Source of the DNA: an uncultured Chloroflexia bacterium
GTDB taxonomy: Bacteria > Chloroflexota > Limnocylindria > Limnocylindrales > CSP1-4
DNA: 64,000 bases
Assembly: GCA_963821595.1 (NCBI GenBank)
Contig: CAWGEL010000023.1
Location: forward strand, 138,930 to 202,929
Direction: 5' to 3'
In this document: one piece after another, positions 32,808 through 42,168 of the stretch
Layout of the letters: every line of letters begins with the position of its first letter
Position numbering within the stretch: position 1 is the stretch's first letter
Position numbers and translations under genes: made by a program
Notes under the pieces: model-generated
What the model saw: the letters and a program-made list of their open reading frames with translations, nothing else
What the model was told of the DNA's origin: nothing
Databases searched by the model: none

Positions 32808-35800
32808 TTGGCCGATATGCGGGCTGGTCGGTTCGCCGGCGCGGCGGGGGCACGGTGGCTGGGCACGGGCTCGCGCGCGCTTGCCTCGATGCCGGTGGGC
32901 GCGCGGTCACGGCTCTGGCTGGCGCCAATCGCCCTCTGGGCGATCGCGACCTGCATCTACTACTTGCCGTCGCTGGGCCCGACCGGCCGGGCCTGCACCT
33001 ACGTCGCGTTCGAAGCCGGGGCGCTGATTGCGGTCGTGCTCGGCATCGTGATCAACCGGCCGGCGCGCCCGGGTGCGTGGGTGCTGATCGCGGCCGGCAT
33101 GGTCTTCGTGGTCGCCGGCGACGCGGCATGGTACTGGATCTCGCTCGTGCAGCACGGGCCAGCGTCACCGTCGATCGCCGACATCTTCTACCTGGCCGAA
33201 TATCCGGTCCTGTTCGCGGGGGCGGTGGGATTGGTGCGCGGGCGTCCCAACCGGGCGATGTTCGTCAACGCGGTGCTGGTCACCGTCTCGACCACGGTCG
33301 TGATCTGGGAGCTCGCCGTGCGGCCGGCCGTCGGTGCGGCGGGCGGCGCCGACGCCGCGACGATCGTGGCCGCCCTCTATCCCGTTGCGGACATCGCCCT
33401 GCTGGGCGTCGTCATCGGCATCACGTTCAGCACGGGCCTTCCGTCCGCCTCCCTCCGCCTGCTCTCCGCGGGCATCATCGTCGCCTCGGCAACCGACTTC
33501 GTCGATCTCCGGCTCGGCCTCGCGGGACCGCTGCCCGATCCCTCTCTGCTCGACGCCGGATGGCTCCTGGCGATGGCGCTGTGGGCCGCCGCCTCGCTCC
33601 ATGGGTCGGCGCGGGAGGTGCGAGCGGTCGACCCCGTGGAGTCGAGACGGCGCGTCGCCGGCAACGTACTGCTCCTGGCCGGGGCGTTCGCGCTGGTGCC
33701 GCTCACGCTGCTCGCCCTCGTTGCGCTCGGCGAGGATCTCGACCTGCCCGTCCTCGCGACGGCCTGGATCGTGCTGGTCGTGCTTGCCGCGATCCGGCTC
33801 ACGGATCTCGTCGCGGATCTTCGCAGCAGCGACGAGCGGTTCCAGGCCATCGTCGAGGGCTCACCGATCGGGATCGGGATCGTGCGGGGCGGGGAGCTGA
33901 TCCTGACGAACGCGGCGGCACGGCGGATGGTGTCGAGCGACATCGAGGATGACCTCCGCGGGCGTCCGCTCACCGACTTCGTCACCACCTCGGCCCGTGC
34001 GGAGCTCCGCGCGCGCCTCGACAGGATCGCCTCGACGGGCAGCGACGAATCGCCGTTCGAGACCGTGGGCATGCGCCGCGACGGTTCGGAGTTCCCGGTC
34101 GTCGTCCACGCCCGGTCGATCACGCTCCGCGACGGACCGGCCACCGCACTGTTCGTCTACGACGTCTCGGACGAGCGCGCCGCCGAGGCCACCCTGAGTG
34201 CCTCGGAGCATCGATACCGCGAGCTGTTCGTGGGCAACCCGCAACCGATGTGGGTCTACGACCTCGAGACGCTCCGCTTTCTCGCCGTGAACAACATGGC
34301 AGTCACGCGGTACGGCTGGTCACGCGAAGAGTTCCTCGCGATGACCATCGCCGACATCCGGCCGCCCGAGGACGTTCCGGCCCTCCGGGCGAACGTGGCG
34401 ACGGACACCGAGGCCATCCAGACGTCCGGTCCGTGGCGCCACCGACGTCGCGATGGCACGATCCTGGAGGTCGAGATCACCTCCCACGCCATCACCTGGG
34501 ACGGCCGCGCCGCACGCCTCGTGCTGGCCTTCGATATGACGCAGCGGCGCAGCCTGGAGGAGCAGCTTCGCCAGGCCCAGAAGATGGAGGCCGTGGGTCG
34601 CCTCGCGGGCGGCGTGGCCCACGACTTCAACAACCTGCTGACCGTCATTGCCGGGTATGCCGACGTGCTGCGCGGCGACCTTGCGCCGGGCGACGCGAGG
34701 ATCGAGGACGTCGAGGAGATCCTCCGGGCAAGCGATCGCGCGGCCGGGCTCACCCACCAGCTCCTCGCCTTCAGCCGGCGCCAGGTGCTCAAGCCCCAGG
34801 TCCTGGACCTCAACGCCTCCGTCCGCGACGTCCAGTCGATGTTGACGCGCCTGATCGGGGAGGATGTCGAGCTCCGATCGAGCCTGGCGGACGATCTCTC
34901 GCCGATCCTCGCCGACCCCATCCAGATCACGCAGGTGCTGCTGAACCTCGCCGCCAACGCACGCGACGCGATGGCCGACGGCGGAACCCTGACGATCACG
35001 ACGGCCAACGCGGTGCTCGACGAGACCTACGTCCAGGCCCACCCGGATGCCCGGCAGGGACCCCACGCCGTGCTCGCGGTCACCGATAGCGGTGGCGGCA
35101 TGGACGCGGACACGGTCGCCCACCTGTTCGAACCGTTCTTCACGACGAAGGAGGTGGGACAGGGAACGGGGCTGGGCCTCGCCACCGTCTACGGGATCGT
35201 CCGGCAATCCGGCGGGACGATCTGGGTCTACTCGGAGCCTGGCCACGGCACGACGTTCAAGCTCTACTTCCCGGCGGCCCCGGCCGGCGAGGGTCGTCGC
35301 GCTGCCGGCGGCGGGGCGCCTCGCGCGACGCACGCCGGTACGGAGACAGTCCTGGTGGCGGAGGACGAGGAGGCTGTTCGGACGCTCGTGACGCTGCTGC
35401 TGCAGCGGTCCGGGTATCACGTGCTGGCCGCCGCCTCCGCGGACGCCGCGGAGTCGATCGCCGCTGCGTACCAGGGTCCGATCGATCTGCTGACCAGCGA
35501 CGTGATCATGCCCGGGCACAACGGGGCGGCCCTGGCCGTGCGCGTCGGCGCCCTCCGGCCGGGAATGCCGACGCTGTTCATGAGCGGCTACGCGGGAGGC
35601 GCCATCGTCAGGCGCGGCGTCATCGACGCCGGCGCGTCGTTCATCGAGAAGCCGTTTGCGCTCGACGCGCTCCTGGCGAAGGTCCGCGAGGTCCTCGACG
35701 CGCCGGCCGATTCGCGGGTGGATCCGGCGGCCCGTCCGACGGCTGGAGGGACGGAGGATCCGGCGGCCGGGCCGGCGGCCCGTCCGACGACCGAGCCGGC

Positions 35801-35906
35801 GGCCGGTCCGACGGCTGGAGGGACGGAGGATCCGGCGGCCGGGCCGGCGGCCATGACGCGGCCGGCGACGGATCGTCGCCGGCAGGACGCGGTCGCCGGC
35901 AGGTAG
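32808..35906 (+). CDS. Hybrid sensor histidine kinase/response regulator (multi-TM N-domain, two PAS, HisKA, HATPase_c, REC)
   Basis: It has ~9 hydrophobic helices and PAS segments (FQAIVEGSPIGI..., YRELFVGNPQPMWVYD...). The H-box is VAHDFNNLLTVI, the G-boxes are DSGGGMD and GTGLGLATVYG, and the receiver reads VLVAEDEE...DLLTSDVIMPG. A repeat-rich tail follows. The start is TTG 32808 or ATG 32817. Confidence 0.9.
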   Translation: MADMRAGRFAGAAGARWLGTGSRALASMPVGARSRLWLAPIALWAIATCIYYLPSLGPTGRACTYVAFEAGALIAVVLGIVINRPARPGAWVLIAAGMVFVVAGDAAWYWISLVQHGPASPSIADIFYLAEYPVLFAGAVGLVRGRPNRAMFVNAVLVTVSTTVVIWELAVRPAVGAAGGADAATIVAALYPVADIALLGVVIGITFSTGLPSASLRLLSAGIIVASATDFVDLRLGLAGPLPDPSLLDAGWLLAMALWAAASLHGSAREVRAVDPVESRRRVAGNVLLLAGAFALVPLTLLALVALGEDLDLPVLATAWIVLVVLAAIRLTDLVADLRSSDERFQAIVEGSPIGIGIVRGGELILTNAAARRMVSSDIEDDLRGRPLTDFVTTSARAELRARLDRIASTGSDESPFETVGMRRDGSEFPVVVHARSITLRDGPATALFVYDVSDERAAEATLSASEHRYRELFVGNPQPMWVYDLETLRFLAVNNMAVTRYGWSREEFLAMTIADIRPPEDVPALRANVATDTEAIQTSGPWRHRRRDGTILEVEITSHAITWDGRAARLVLAFDMTQRRSLEEQLRQAQKMEAVGRLAGGVAHDFNNLLTVIAGYADVLRGDLAPGDARIEDVEEILRASDRAAGLTHQLLAFSRRQVLKPQVLDLNASVRDVQSMLTRLIGEDVELRSSLADDLSPILADPIQITQVLLNLAANARDAMADGGTLTITTANAVLDETYVQAHPDARQGPHAVLAVTDSGGGMDADTVAHLFEPFFTTKEVGQGTGLGLATVYGIVRQSGGTIWVYSEPGHGTTFKLYFPAAPAGEGRRAAGGGAPRATHAGTETVLVAEDEEAVRTLVTLLLQRSGYHVLAAASADAAESIAAAYQGPIDLLTSDVIMPGHNGAALAVRVGALRPGMPTLFMSGYAGGAIVRRGVIDAGASFIEKPFALDALLAKVREVLDAPADSRVDPAARPTAGGTEDPAAGPAARPTTEPAAGPTAGGTEDPAAGPAAMTRPATDRRRQDAVAGR

Positions 35907-35989
35907 CAGAAGGCGCGGGCAACCTCGACCGGCTCCCGTGATGGCGTGGATCCGACGACCGGCGAGTGCCTGGCGATCGGCCAGCCGAC

Positions 35990-36724
35990 TCAGCGGGCCG
36001 GCAGCGTGTCCTCGCCGAGGGGCGCCCCCAACAGCTCGACGATCTCGGCCAGGGGCCGATTGACGCCCAGCAGGATCGGCGTGTCGCTGACCGTGGTGCG
36101 GCGACCCTCCGTGGAGCGCAGGGCGCGCACCAGGTCTCCGAAGGCGACCAGGTCGTCCATCTCGTAGGCGACGACGAAGTCCTGGGAGTCCAGGCCGAAG
36201 GAGTACGCGAGCACCTGGCGGACGGTCGGGTAGTCGTGGCCGACCCGCATGTGCTCGTTCATGATGCCCTGCCGCACGTCGCGCCCCAGCAGGTACCACT
36301 CCGCGCTCTTCGTGAACGGATAGACGACGAGGTAGCGCGAGCGCTCGCCGGAGAAGACCGCCTGCTCCTGCTCCGTCGGCTTGCGGACGTACTGGGACGG
36401 TCCGACACGGCCGATCAGCGATTGGCGCACCGTGAGCCATCGCCCAAGCCCGGCCCGGAAGAGCGACGCGGCCGCGACGTCGAGATCGTCGACCGCCGGC
36501 GCCATTCGCCACAGGAGCAGGTCGATGCCGGGCTCCAGCCCGATCGACGAGTAGGACGTGGTGTGGACGCCCGCACGTGCGCCCTCGGCGTCCGCCTCCA
36601 GGAACCGACAGCCGTCGTCGTGGCGCTGCTCGTCCTCGAGGCGGCGCCACGCCGGATCCAGGCCCAGGGCGAGGACCTGGATGTAGGTCTGTTGATCGAG
36701 ATCCATTGCGGTGCCCTCGCTCAT
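35990..36724 (-). CDS. hemQ: Chlorite-dismutase-family coproheme decarboxylase (HemQ/ChdC)
   Basis: The translation includes YLVVYPFTKSAEWYLL...RQGIMNEHMRVG...FGLDSQDFVVAYE.DDL. The start is ATG 36724 or 36706. Confidence 0.8.
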   Translation of the reverse strand: MSEGTAMDLDQQTYIQVLALGLDPAWRRLEDEQRHDDGCRFLEADAEGARAGVHTTSYSSIGLEPGIDLLLWRMAPAVDDLDVAAASLFRAGLGRWLTVRQSLIGRVGPSQYVRKPTEQEQAVFSGERSRYLVVYPFTKSAEWYLLGRDVRQGIMNEHMRVGHDYPTVRQVLAYSFGLDSQDFVVAYEMDDLVAFGDLVRALRSTEGRRTTVSDTPILLGVNRPLAEIVELLGAPLGEDTLPAR

Positions 36725-36914
36725 GTCGTCACCGGCGCCCGACGGCCGATCGTGCGGCCGGCGCTGCAGCGGCGCGGAGGCTCCGTCCATGGGCCACGAT
36801 CCGACTCTACCATCGACCGCCCGTACCGGCGCCCGCGCCGGGCTCGCGCGGCTCTGCGCGCGGCAGGCGCGCACGACTCCCCGCCAGCCGCGGTCGGGTT
36901 CAGCCGCGCTCGGT

Positions 36915-37268
36915 TCAGCCGCGCTCGGGGCGACCGACCCGGGCCAGGACGGCCTGGCAGTCCGCGACGAGGCGGAGTGCCTGGCGGACGATCCACGGAT
37001 CGACGCGTGTCGAATCCTCGATCGTGACCTCGGGACCGTACCGTCCATCGGTCAATTCGATCCCGGCCTGGCTGCGGTAGTCGGCGAGCCAGTTCGCCTG
37101 GAGCGCCAGCAGGACATCGACCACGACGCGCGGCTCGAACAGCCAGCCGGCGTGCCGCGCCTCCAGCGCGTCGACGAGGTCGGAGACCAGGGCCGGCCGT
37201 CCCCGTTCGAGGCGCGCGACCAGTTCAACGACTCGAACGGCGGTGAATGGGTCGCCGGACTCGGCCAT
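36915..37268 (-). CDS. Hypothetical small protein
   Basis: The 117-aa protein has ordered composition (FTAVRVVELVARLERGRPALVSDLVDALEARHAGWLFEPRVVVDVLLALQANWLADY). No family was recognised. Confidence 0.4.
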   Translation of the reverse strand: MAESGDPFTAVRVVELVARLERGRPALVSDLVDALEARHAGWLFEPRVVVDVLLALQANWLADYRSQAGIELTDGRYGPEVTIEDSTRVDPWIVRQALRLVADCQAVLARVGRPERG

Positions 37269-37522
37269 GACCGGCGGCGCGATCTCGGCGTCGGGAAGGC
37301 CGGCGGGCGCCGGGCGGAGTCGCAGGGTGCCGGGCGTTGCCGGCGTCCGATCCGTCACGAGTCGGAAGGATAGCGGGGCTCGATCGTGCGCCACGGACAG
37401 CGCGGTCGCCGGGACCTCCGGCACTGGCGCCGGCGGCGGCGGACGGCGAGAATCCGGGTGCTGCCGGACCCGCGGCCCGGCGCCCGGCGAGCGCCACGCC
37501 CGTGACGGGCGGGAGGTGCAGG

Positions 37523-38068
37523 ATGACGGATGGCGTCCTGATCGCATACGCCACGCGGCACGATTCCACGCGAGGGATCGCGTCCGCCGTTGCCGAGGTC
37601 CTGCGCCAGGGCGGCCTGTCGGTGCAGCTGGAGCCGGTCTCGGCGGTCGCCACGCTGACCGGGTTCGACGCCGTCATCCTCGGCAGCGCCGTCTACGACG
37701 GAGAGTGGCTGCCCGAGGTCCAGCGCTTCCTCCACGACCACGGCGGGTCGCTGTCGCGGCTGCCCGTGTGGCTCTTCGTGGCCGGCCCCCTGGAGGCCGT
37801 CCCGGCCGGTTCGGCTGCCGACATCCCCGCTCATCTTGTTCGAGCGATCGAGGAGATCCGACCACGCGACGTCGCTCTCTTCGCGGGAGCGCTCCAGCCC
37901 CATCACGTGGGCGCCGGCGTTCGCGTCCTGTCGCGGCTCGCCCGCATCCCGGCGGGAGACCATCGCGACTGGCCGGCGATCGAGCGCTGGGCCGACGGGA
38001 TCCGCACCGAGCTCCTCCTGGACTCCGACCTGCAGCCAGCGGATGCGGCGGCGCTCGAACCAGTCTGA
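37523..38068 (+). CDS. Flavodoxin-domain protein (HemG-like protoporphyrinogen oxidase family candidate)
   Basis: SD GGGAGG precedes the ATG at 37523. The translation includes VLIAYATRHDSTRGIASAVAEVL...FDAVILGSAVYDGEWLPEV. Confidence 0.6.
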   Translation: MTDGVLIAYATRHDSTRGIASAVAEVLRQGGLSVQLEPVSAVATLTGFDAVILGSAVYDGEWLPEVQRFLHDHGGSLSRLPVWLFVAGPLEAVPAGSAADIPAHLVRAIEEIRPRDVALFAGALQPHHVGAGVRVLSRLARIPAGDHRDWPAIERWADGIRTELLLDSDLQPADAAALEPV

Positions 38069-38235
38069 CGGCGAATGGCAATCCGGCTTCCGCGTGGCCC
38101 GGTGCGCCGCTCGGTCGCCGGCCTCGGCCCCCGGGGCCCGGTCCCCCCCTCGACCGGGCCCCGGGGGCGCTCCGGCTGGATTCGCCACGCGAAGTGACGG
38201 CTTCTTCATCGGTGCTGCACCCGGTCTTGAGCGAG

Positions 38236-39699
38236 ATGGTGCATCGTGTGCGGTGCATGGACGAATCGCTCCCCGCCGCCGAACCCTCGCCTCCCGCCGC
38301 ACAGCCTGCCGCCGCACCGCCTGACGGCGGCCCTGCGGGCACGCTCCCCTCACCGCCGGCCGTGGCGCCGACGCCGCAACACGGCGAGCCCGGCCGGCCT
38401 CGCGGGCCGCGTCTGGGGCGGGCGCTCACGCTGCTCCTCGCCGCAGTCTTCGTGTTCGCGGCCGGGACCGCGGTCGGGCGCACGATCGGCCCGACGACCG
38501 GGACCGAGGGCCCGCCCCCCGCGGCCACCGCCGCCCCGTCCGGGGCCGCCGCCGGTGCGACGCCCGAGGCCTCGCCGGACTTCGGCCTGATCCAGCAGGC
38601 CTACAACATCCTCCGGCAGAACTACGTGGATCCGGCCGCGGCTGACCCGACGACCCTCATCCAGGGCGCGATCAAGGGCATGGCCGACTCCCTCAACGAC
38701 ACCGGCCACACGAGCTACCTCACGGCCGCCGAGCTGGCCGCGCGCAACAATTCGCTCTCGGGCACGTTCGTCGGCATCGGTGCCGTCCTCGACACCTCCA
38801 CGAACGGTGCGGTCGTCGTGCGCATCCTCCCCAACAGTCCGGCCCAGAAGGCGGGCCTCAAGGCCGGCGAGATCATCGCCAGCGTCGACGGGCAGTCCGT
38901 CACCGGGCAAGCGGTCGAACAGATCGTGACGAAGGTCCGCGGGCCGGCAGGCACGTCGGTGACCCTGGGCCTCACGGAGCCCGACGGCACCACGCGATCC
39001 CTCACGATCACCCGGGCGACGCTCGACCTGCCGCTCGTGAGCTGGGCCTTTGCACCGGGCACGCACGTGGCCGTCGTCCGCCTGGAGTCCTTCTCCAAGG
39101 GAGCGTCGAACGCGCTGAAGTCGGCCATCACCGCGGCCGAAGGCCAGGGCGCGACCGCCATCGCCCTTGACCTGCGCGGCAATCCCGGCGGGTACGTCGA
39201 TGAGGCAGTGAGCGTGGCCAGCCAGTTCCTGGGATCCGGCGTCGTCTACGTCTCCCAGGACCGATCGGGCACCCGCGTGCCGCACCCGGTGCAGCCGGGC
39301 GGCGAGGCCACGACGATCCCGCTCGCCGTCGTGGTCGACGGCCAGACCGCCAGCTCCGCCGAGATCGTGACCGGCGCCATCCAGGACGCGGGTCGCGGCA
39401 TCATCATCGGCGAGAAGACGTTCGGGACGGGCACGGTCGTCGGCACGTTCCCGCTCCCCGATGGATCCGCCCTCACGATCGGCACGGAGCGCTGGTTCAC
39501 GCCCAAGGGTCGCGCCATCTGGCGTGAGGGCCTGGTCCCCGACAAGACGGTCGCGCTGACGACCGGCGTGAGCTACCTCACCCCGGACCTGTTCAGCTCA
39601 CTCGGCTCGGGTGGCCTCGCGACGTCCAAGGACACGCAGCTCCAGGCCGCCGTGGCGGCCCTGACCTCTGGCCAGGCGGCGGTTCCCGCCACGCACTGA
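38236..39699 (+). CDS. C-terminal processing peptidase (S41, Ctp/Prc-like) with N-terminal membrane anchor and PDZ domain
   Basis: The PDZ domain reads VVVRILPNSPAQKAGLKAGEIIASVDG. The catalytic region reads LDLRGNPGGY...VVVDGQTASSAEI...GEKTFGTGTV. An alternative start is ATG 38257. Confidence 0.85.
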   Translation: MVHRVRCMDESLPAAEPSPPAAQPAAAPPDGGPAGTLPSPPAVAPTPQHGEPGRPRGPRLGRALTLLLAAVFVFAAGTAVGRTIGPTTGTEGPPPAATAAPSGAAAGATPEASPDFGLIQQAYNILRQNYVDPAAADPTTLIQGAIKGMADSLNDTGHTSYLTAAELAARNNSLSGTFVGIGAVLDTSTNGAVVVRILPNSPAQKAGLKAGEIIASVDGQSVTGQAVEQIVTKVRGPAGTSVTLGLTEPDGTTRSLTITRATLDLPLVSWAFAPGTHVAVVRLESFSKGASNALKSAITAAEGQGATAIALDLRGNPGGYVDEAVSVASQFLGSGVVYVSQDRSGTRVPHPVQPGGEATTIPLAVVVDGQTASSAEIVTGAIQDAGRGIIIGEKTFGTGTVVGTFPLPDGSALTIGTERWFTPKGRAIWREGLVPDKTVALTTGVSYLTPDLFSSLGSGGLATSKDTQLQAAVAALTSGQAAVPATH

Positions 39700-39760
39700 G
39701 GCGCGTCAACCCTCGCCCGGGCGGAGGGCAGCGACGATCGGCGGGACGGAGCCCCGTCGC

Positions 39761-41326
39761 CTACAGCAGTTCGTGGTTGGCCGAGGCGGTCGGCATCCCT
39801 TCCGCCGGCCGCGGCTCCTCGCCGGGTCCGAACTCGGGCGCGGGTCCGGGTTCGGCGCTCGCACCGGCGTCGAGGACGGGCAGCGGCCGCCCCGCCTGAC
39901 CCTCAAGCGCCCCCACGCCGTAGGGAACCCACTTCGACGGGTCCTGGAGCCGGTGGGCCTCGGCGTTGCCCCGCGTGTGCGTCTCGATGAATCCGGCGGG
40001 CTCGATCCACATCTTCTTGCCGTCCAGGAGCCCGGTGAGGCCCTCCTGCCCCGGCTCAGGCCGCGGGTGCTGGCAGTAGCGGCAGTTCGCCGAGTCGTGG
40101 GGCGTGTACGACGTCGGCTCCTCGTACGTCGTGATGTAGCCCTCGTAGTTGCGGAGCACGACCTTGTGGTCCGAGTACGAGATCAGGTAGTTGGGCATGA
40201 CCGGGATCTTCCCGCCGCCACCGGGCGCATCGACGATGTACTGCGGCACCGCATAGCCGGACGTGTGGCCGCGCAGGCCCTCGATGATCTCCAGGCCCTT
40301 GCCGATCGGCGTCCGGAAGTGCCCGGCGCCCTCGACCAGGTCGCACTGGTAGAGGTAGTACGGCCGGACGCGGATCTCCACCAGCTTCTGGACGAGGTCC
40401 CGCTGGATGTGGACGCAGTCGTTGACGCCGGCGAGGAGCACCGACTGGTTGCCCAGCGGGACGCCGGCCCGGGCGAGCCTGTCGCAGGCGCGGGCGAGCT
40501 CGGGCGTGATCTCGTTCGAATGATTGACGTGGATGTTCATCCAGACTGGGTGGTACTTCGCGAGCATCTCGCAGAGCTCGTCATCGATCCGCTGGGGCAG
40601 GAACACCGGCACCCGGGAGCCGATCCGGACGATCTCCACGTGGGGGATCTCGCGCAGGCCCCGCATCACCGATTCCAGCAGCTTGGGCGCGAGCGTCAGC
40701 CCGTCGCCGCCGGAGATGAGCACGTCGCGGATCTGCGGCGTGCGCCGGATGTAGTCGAGCTGGGCCTCGTGCTCGCGGCGATTGAAGTTCTGGCCCGCGT
40801 CGCCGACGATCCGGGACCTCGTGCAGTACCGGCAGTAGCTGGCACACTGGGTCGTGACCAGCATCAGCACCCGGTCGGGATAGCGGTGGACCAGGCCCGG
40901 AACGGGCGAGTGACGGTCCTCGGCGAGGGAGTCCTCCATCATCCCGGTGAACGCCTGCAGCTCGCGGCCGAGCGGGATCACCTGGCGGCGGATCGGATCG
41001 TTCGGGTCGTCGGGGTCGATGAGGCTGGCGAAGTAGGGCGTGATGTCGACGCGGAACTTGTCGGGCGCCGACAGCCCCTCGCGCTCCTCGTCGGTCAGGT
41101 TGAGGACCTGCTCGATCTCGGCGAGCTCGTTGACGCGGTGGCTCAGCTGCCAGCGCCAGTTGTTCCACTTCTCGTCCGGGACGTCGGCCCACAGCGGTGC
41201 GCGCCGGCTGACCGCCGGCTTGCCGTCCGGTCCCAGCCGCTGGGCCGGGTCGCGCTGGTTGACGAACGGCTGACCGGCCGCCTCGGCCCGGTGCGCCAGG
41301 GCAGCCGTCGTGTCCGTCGCGTCCAT
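39761..41326 (-). CDS. kamA: Lysine 2,3-aminomutase (radical SAM, KamA family)
   Basis: The translation includes WNNWRWQLSHRV, the radical-SAM motif CASYCRYCTRS, ISGGDGL, and the C-terminal Zn/Cys region. There is a long acidic/Pro-rich C-terminal tail. Confidence 0.9.
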   Translation of the reverse strand: MDATDTTAALAHRAEAAGQPFVNQRDPAQRLGPDGKPAVSRRAPLWADVPDEKWNNWRWQLSHRVNELAEIEQVLNLTDEEREGLSAPDKFRVDITPYFASLIDPDDPNDPIRRQVIPLGRELQAFTGMMEDSLAEDRHSPVPGLVHRYPDRVLMLVTTQCASYCRYCTRSRIVGDAGQNFNRREHEAQLDYIRRTPQIRDVLISGGDGLTLAPKLLESVMRGLREIPHVEIVRIGSRVPVFLPQRIDDELCEMLAKYHPVWMNIHVNHSNEITPELARACDRLARAGVPLGNQSVLLAGVNDCVHIQRDLVQKLVEIRVRPYYLYQCDLVEGAGHFRTPIGKGLEIIEGLRGHTSGYAVPQYIVDAPGGGGKIPVMPNYLISYSDHKVVLRNYEGYITTYEEPTSYTPHDSANCRYCQHPRPEPGQEGLTGLLDGKKMWIEPAGFIETHTRGNAEAHRLQDPSKWVPYGVGALEGQAGRPLPVLDAGASAEPGPAPEFGPGEEPRPAEGMPTASANHELL

Positions 41327-41499
41327 CTGCTGGCTCCCCTTCGCTCTGCTGGCTCGGCGGCCGCTGGTTCAGCGGCCCGAGCCGGTCGACATCGACTCGC
41401 CGCTCGCCGGGCACCCGATCATCGCGCCCGGTGCCCGCCGGCGCCCGGTGCCCGCCGGCGCCCGGAGCCGGCCGGGGCCTGGTGCCGGCCGCATAAACC

Positions 41500-41516
41500 G
41501 TATGCAGCCTGCATAC
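41500..41516. promoter_or_regulatory. Perfect 8-bp-arm palindrome in an AT-richer patch upstream of kamA (candidate operator/promoter)
   Basis: GTATGCAG-C-CTGCATAC. On the minus strand it is embedded in TTGCCC-N17-TACGGT, about 175 nt upstream of the kamA ATG. Confidence 0.4.
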
Positions 41517-41615
41517 CCTGGGCAAGCATCATACGCGCCCCGCGATCGGCAGGTCCAGCAGGCCGGGAGGGGGACGGCGCCCCATTCGGCCGGTCGCGTT
41601 CGTCTGGGCTCGGAC

Positions 41616-41690
41616 GGCGGGCGTTGCCGGCCTGGACTCGGGTGGCGGGCGTAATCGGCCTGGACTCGGGTGGCGGGCGTTGCCGGCGGC
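41616..41690. repeat. 28-bp GC-rich tandem repeat, about 2.6 copies
   Basis: GGCGGGCGT(TGC/AAT)CGGCCTGGACTCGGGT starts at 41616, 41644 and 41672. Confidence 0.85.
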
Positions 41691-41995
41691 CCCAGTGCAA
41701 GGCTCGACCCGGGCGGCCGAGCACTGCCGCATCGCCCGCCTGGACCACCGGAGCCCCGCTCGAGGCGACCAGGCGCCGGCAAGTCCGCACGTGGATGCCA
41801 CAGCTCCGGGCGCAACCACCCGCCCCCAACCATCCACCCGGGGGATCTTCGGCGCGGACTGCCGCCGTAGCCAGCATATGACCCGCCTCCGCCGAGCGTG
41901 GGCCTGCACTCGCCACGCCGGCGCGAGGCCGAAATCCGCGGCGGGCGTCGCCGAAGATCCCCGCAGTGGATGTCTGGGGCTGGAGCGACACGCCG

Positions 41996-42134
41996 CGCCC
42001 CTGCCCGCAGCCTGCTCACGGCGCGCCCCTGCCCGCAGCCGCTCACGGCGTGCCCCTGCCCGCAGCTGCTCACGGCGCGCCCCTGCCCGCAGCTGGCCGA
42101 GCCGCGCCCCTGCCCGCAGCTGCTCACAGCGCGC
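41996..42134. repeat. 27/28-bp GC-rich tandem repeat, 5 copies
   Basis: CGCCCCTGCCCGCAGCYGCTCACGGCG recurs with a period of 27-28 bp from 41996. In one frame it reads as (A)PLPAAAHG nonapeptide repeats (track ORF 41966..42172). Confidence 0.9.
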
Positions 42135-42168
42135 CGTGGCCGGCCACGGCGGCCGCTATCCTCGGTGC

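Noticed and set aside
34320-36650. A 776-aa minus-strand ORF. Similar long ORFs are 14113..15996 (+), 39773..41881 (+), 59919..61394 (-), 59999..61942 (+) and 25206..26825 (+).
   Set aside because: Each is antisense or out of frame relative to a gene with clear motifs: the histidine kinase, sufS, kamA, the MFS transporter or DUF885. All show Arg/Pro/Gly-biased composition typical of spurious high-GC ORFs.
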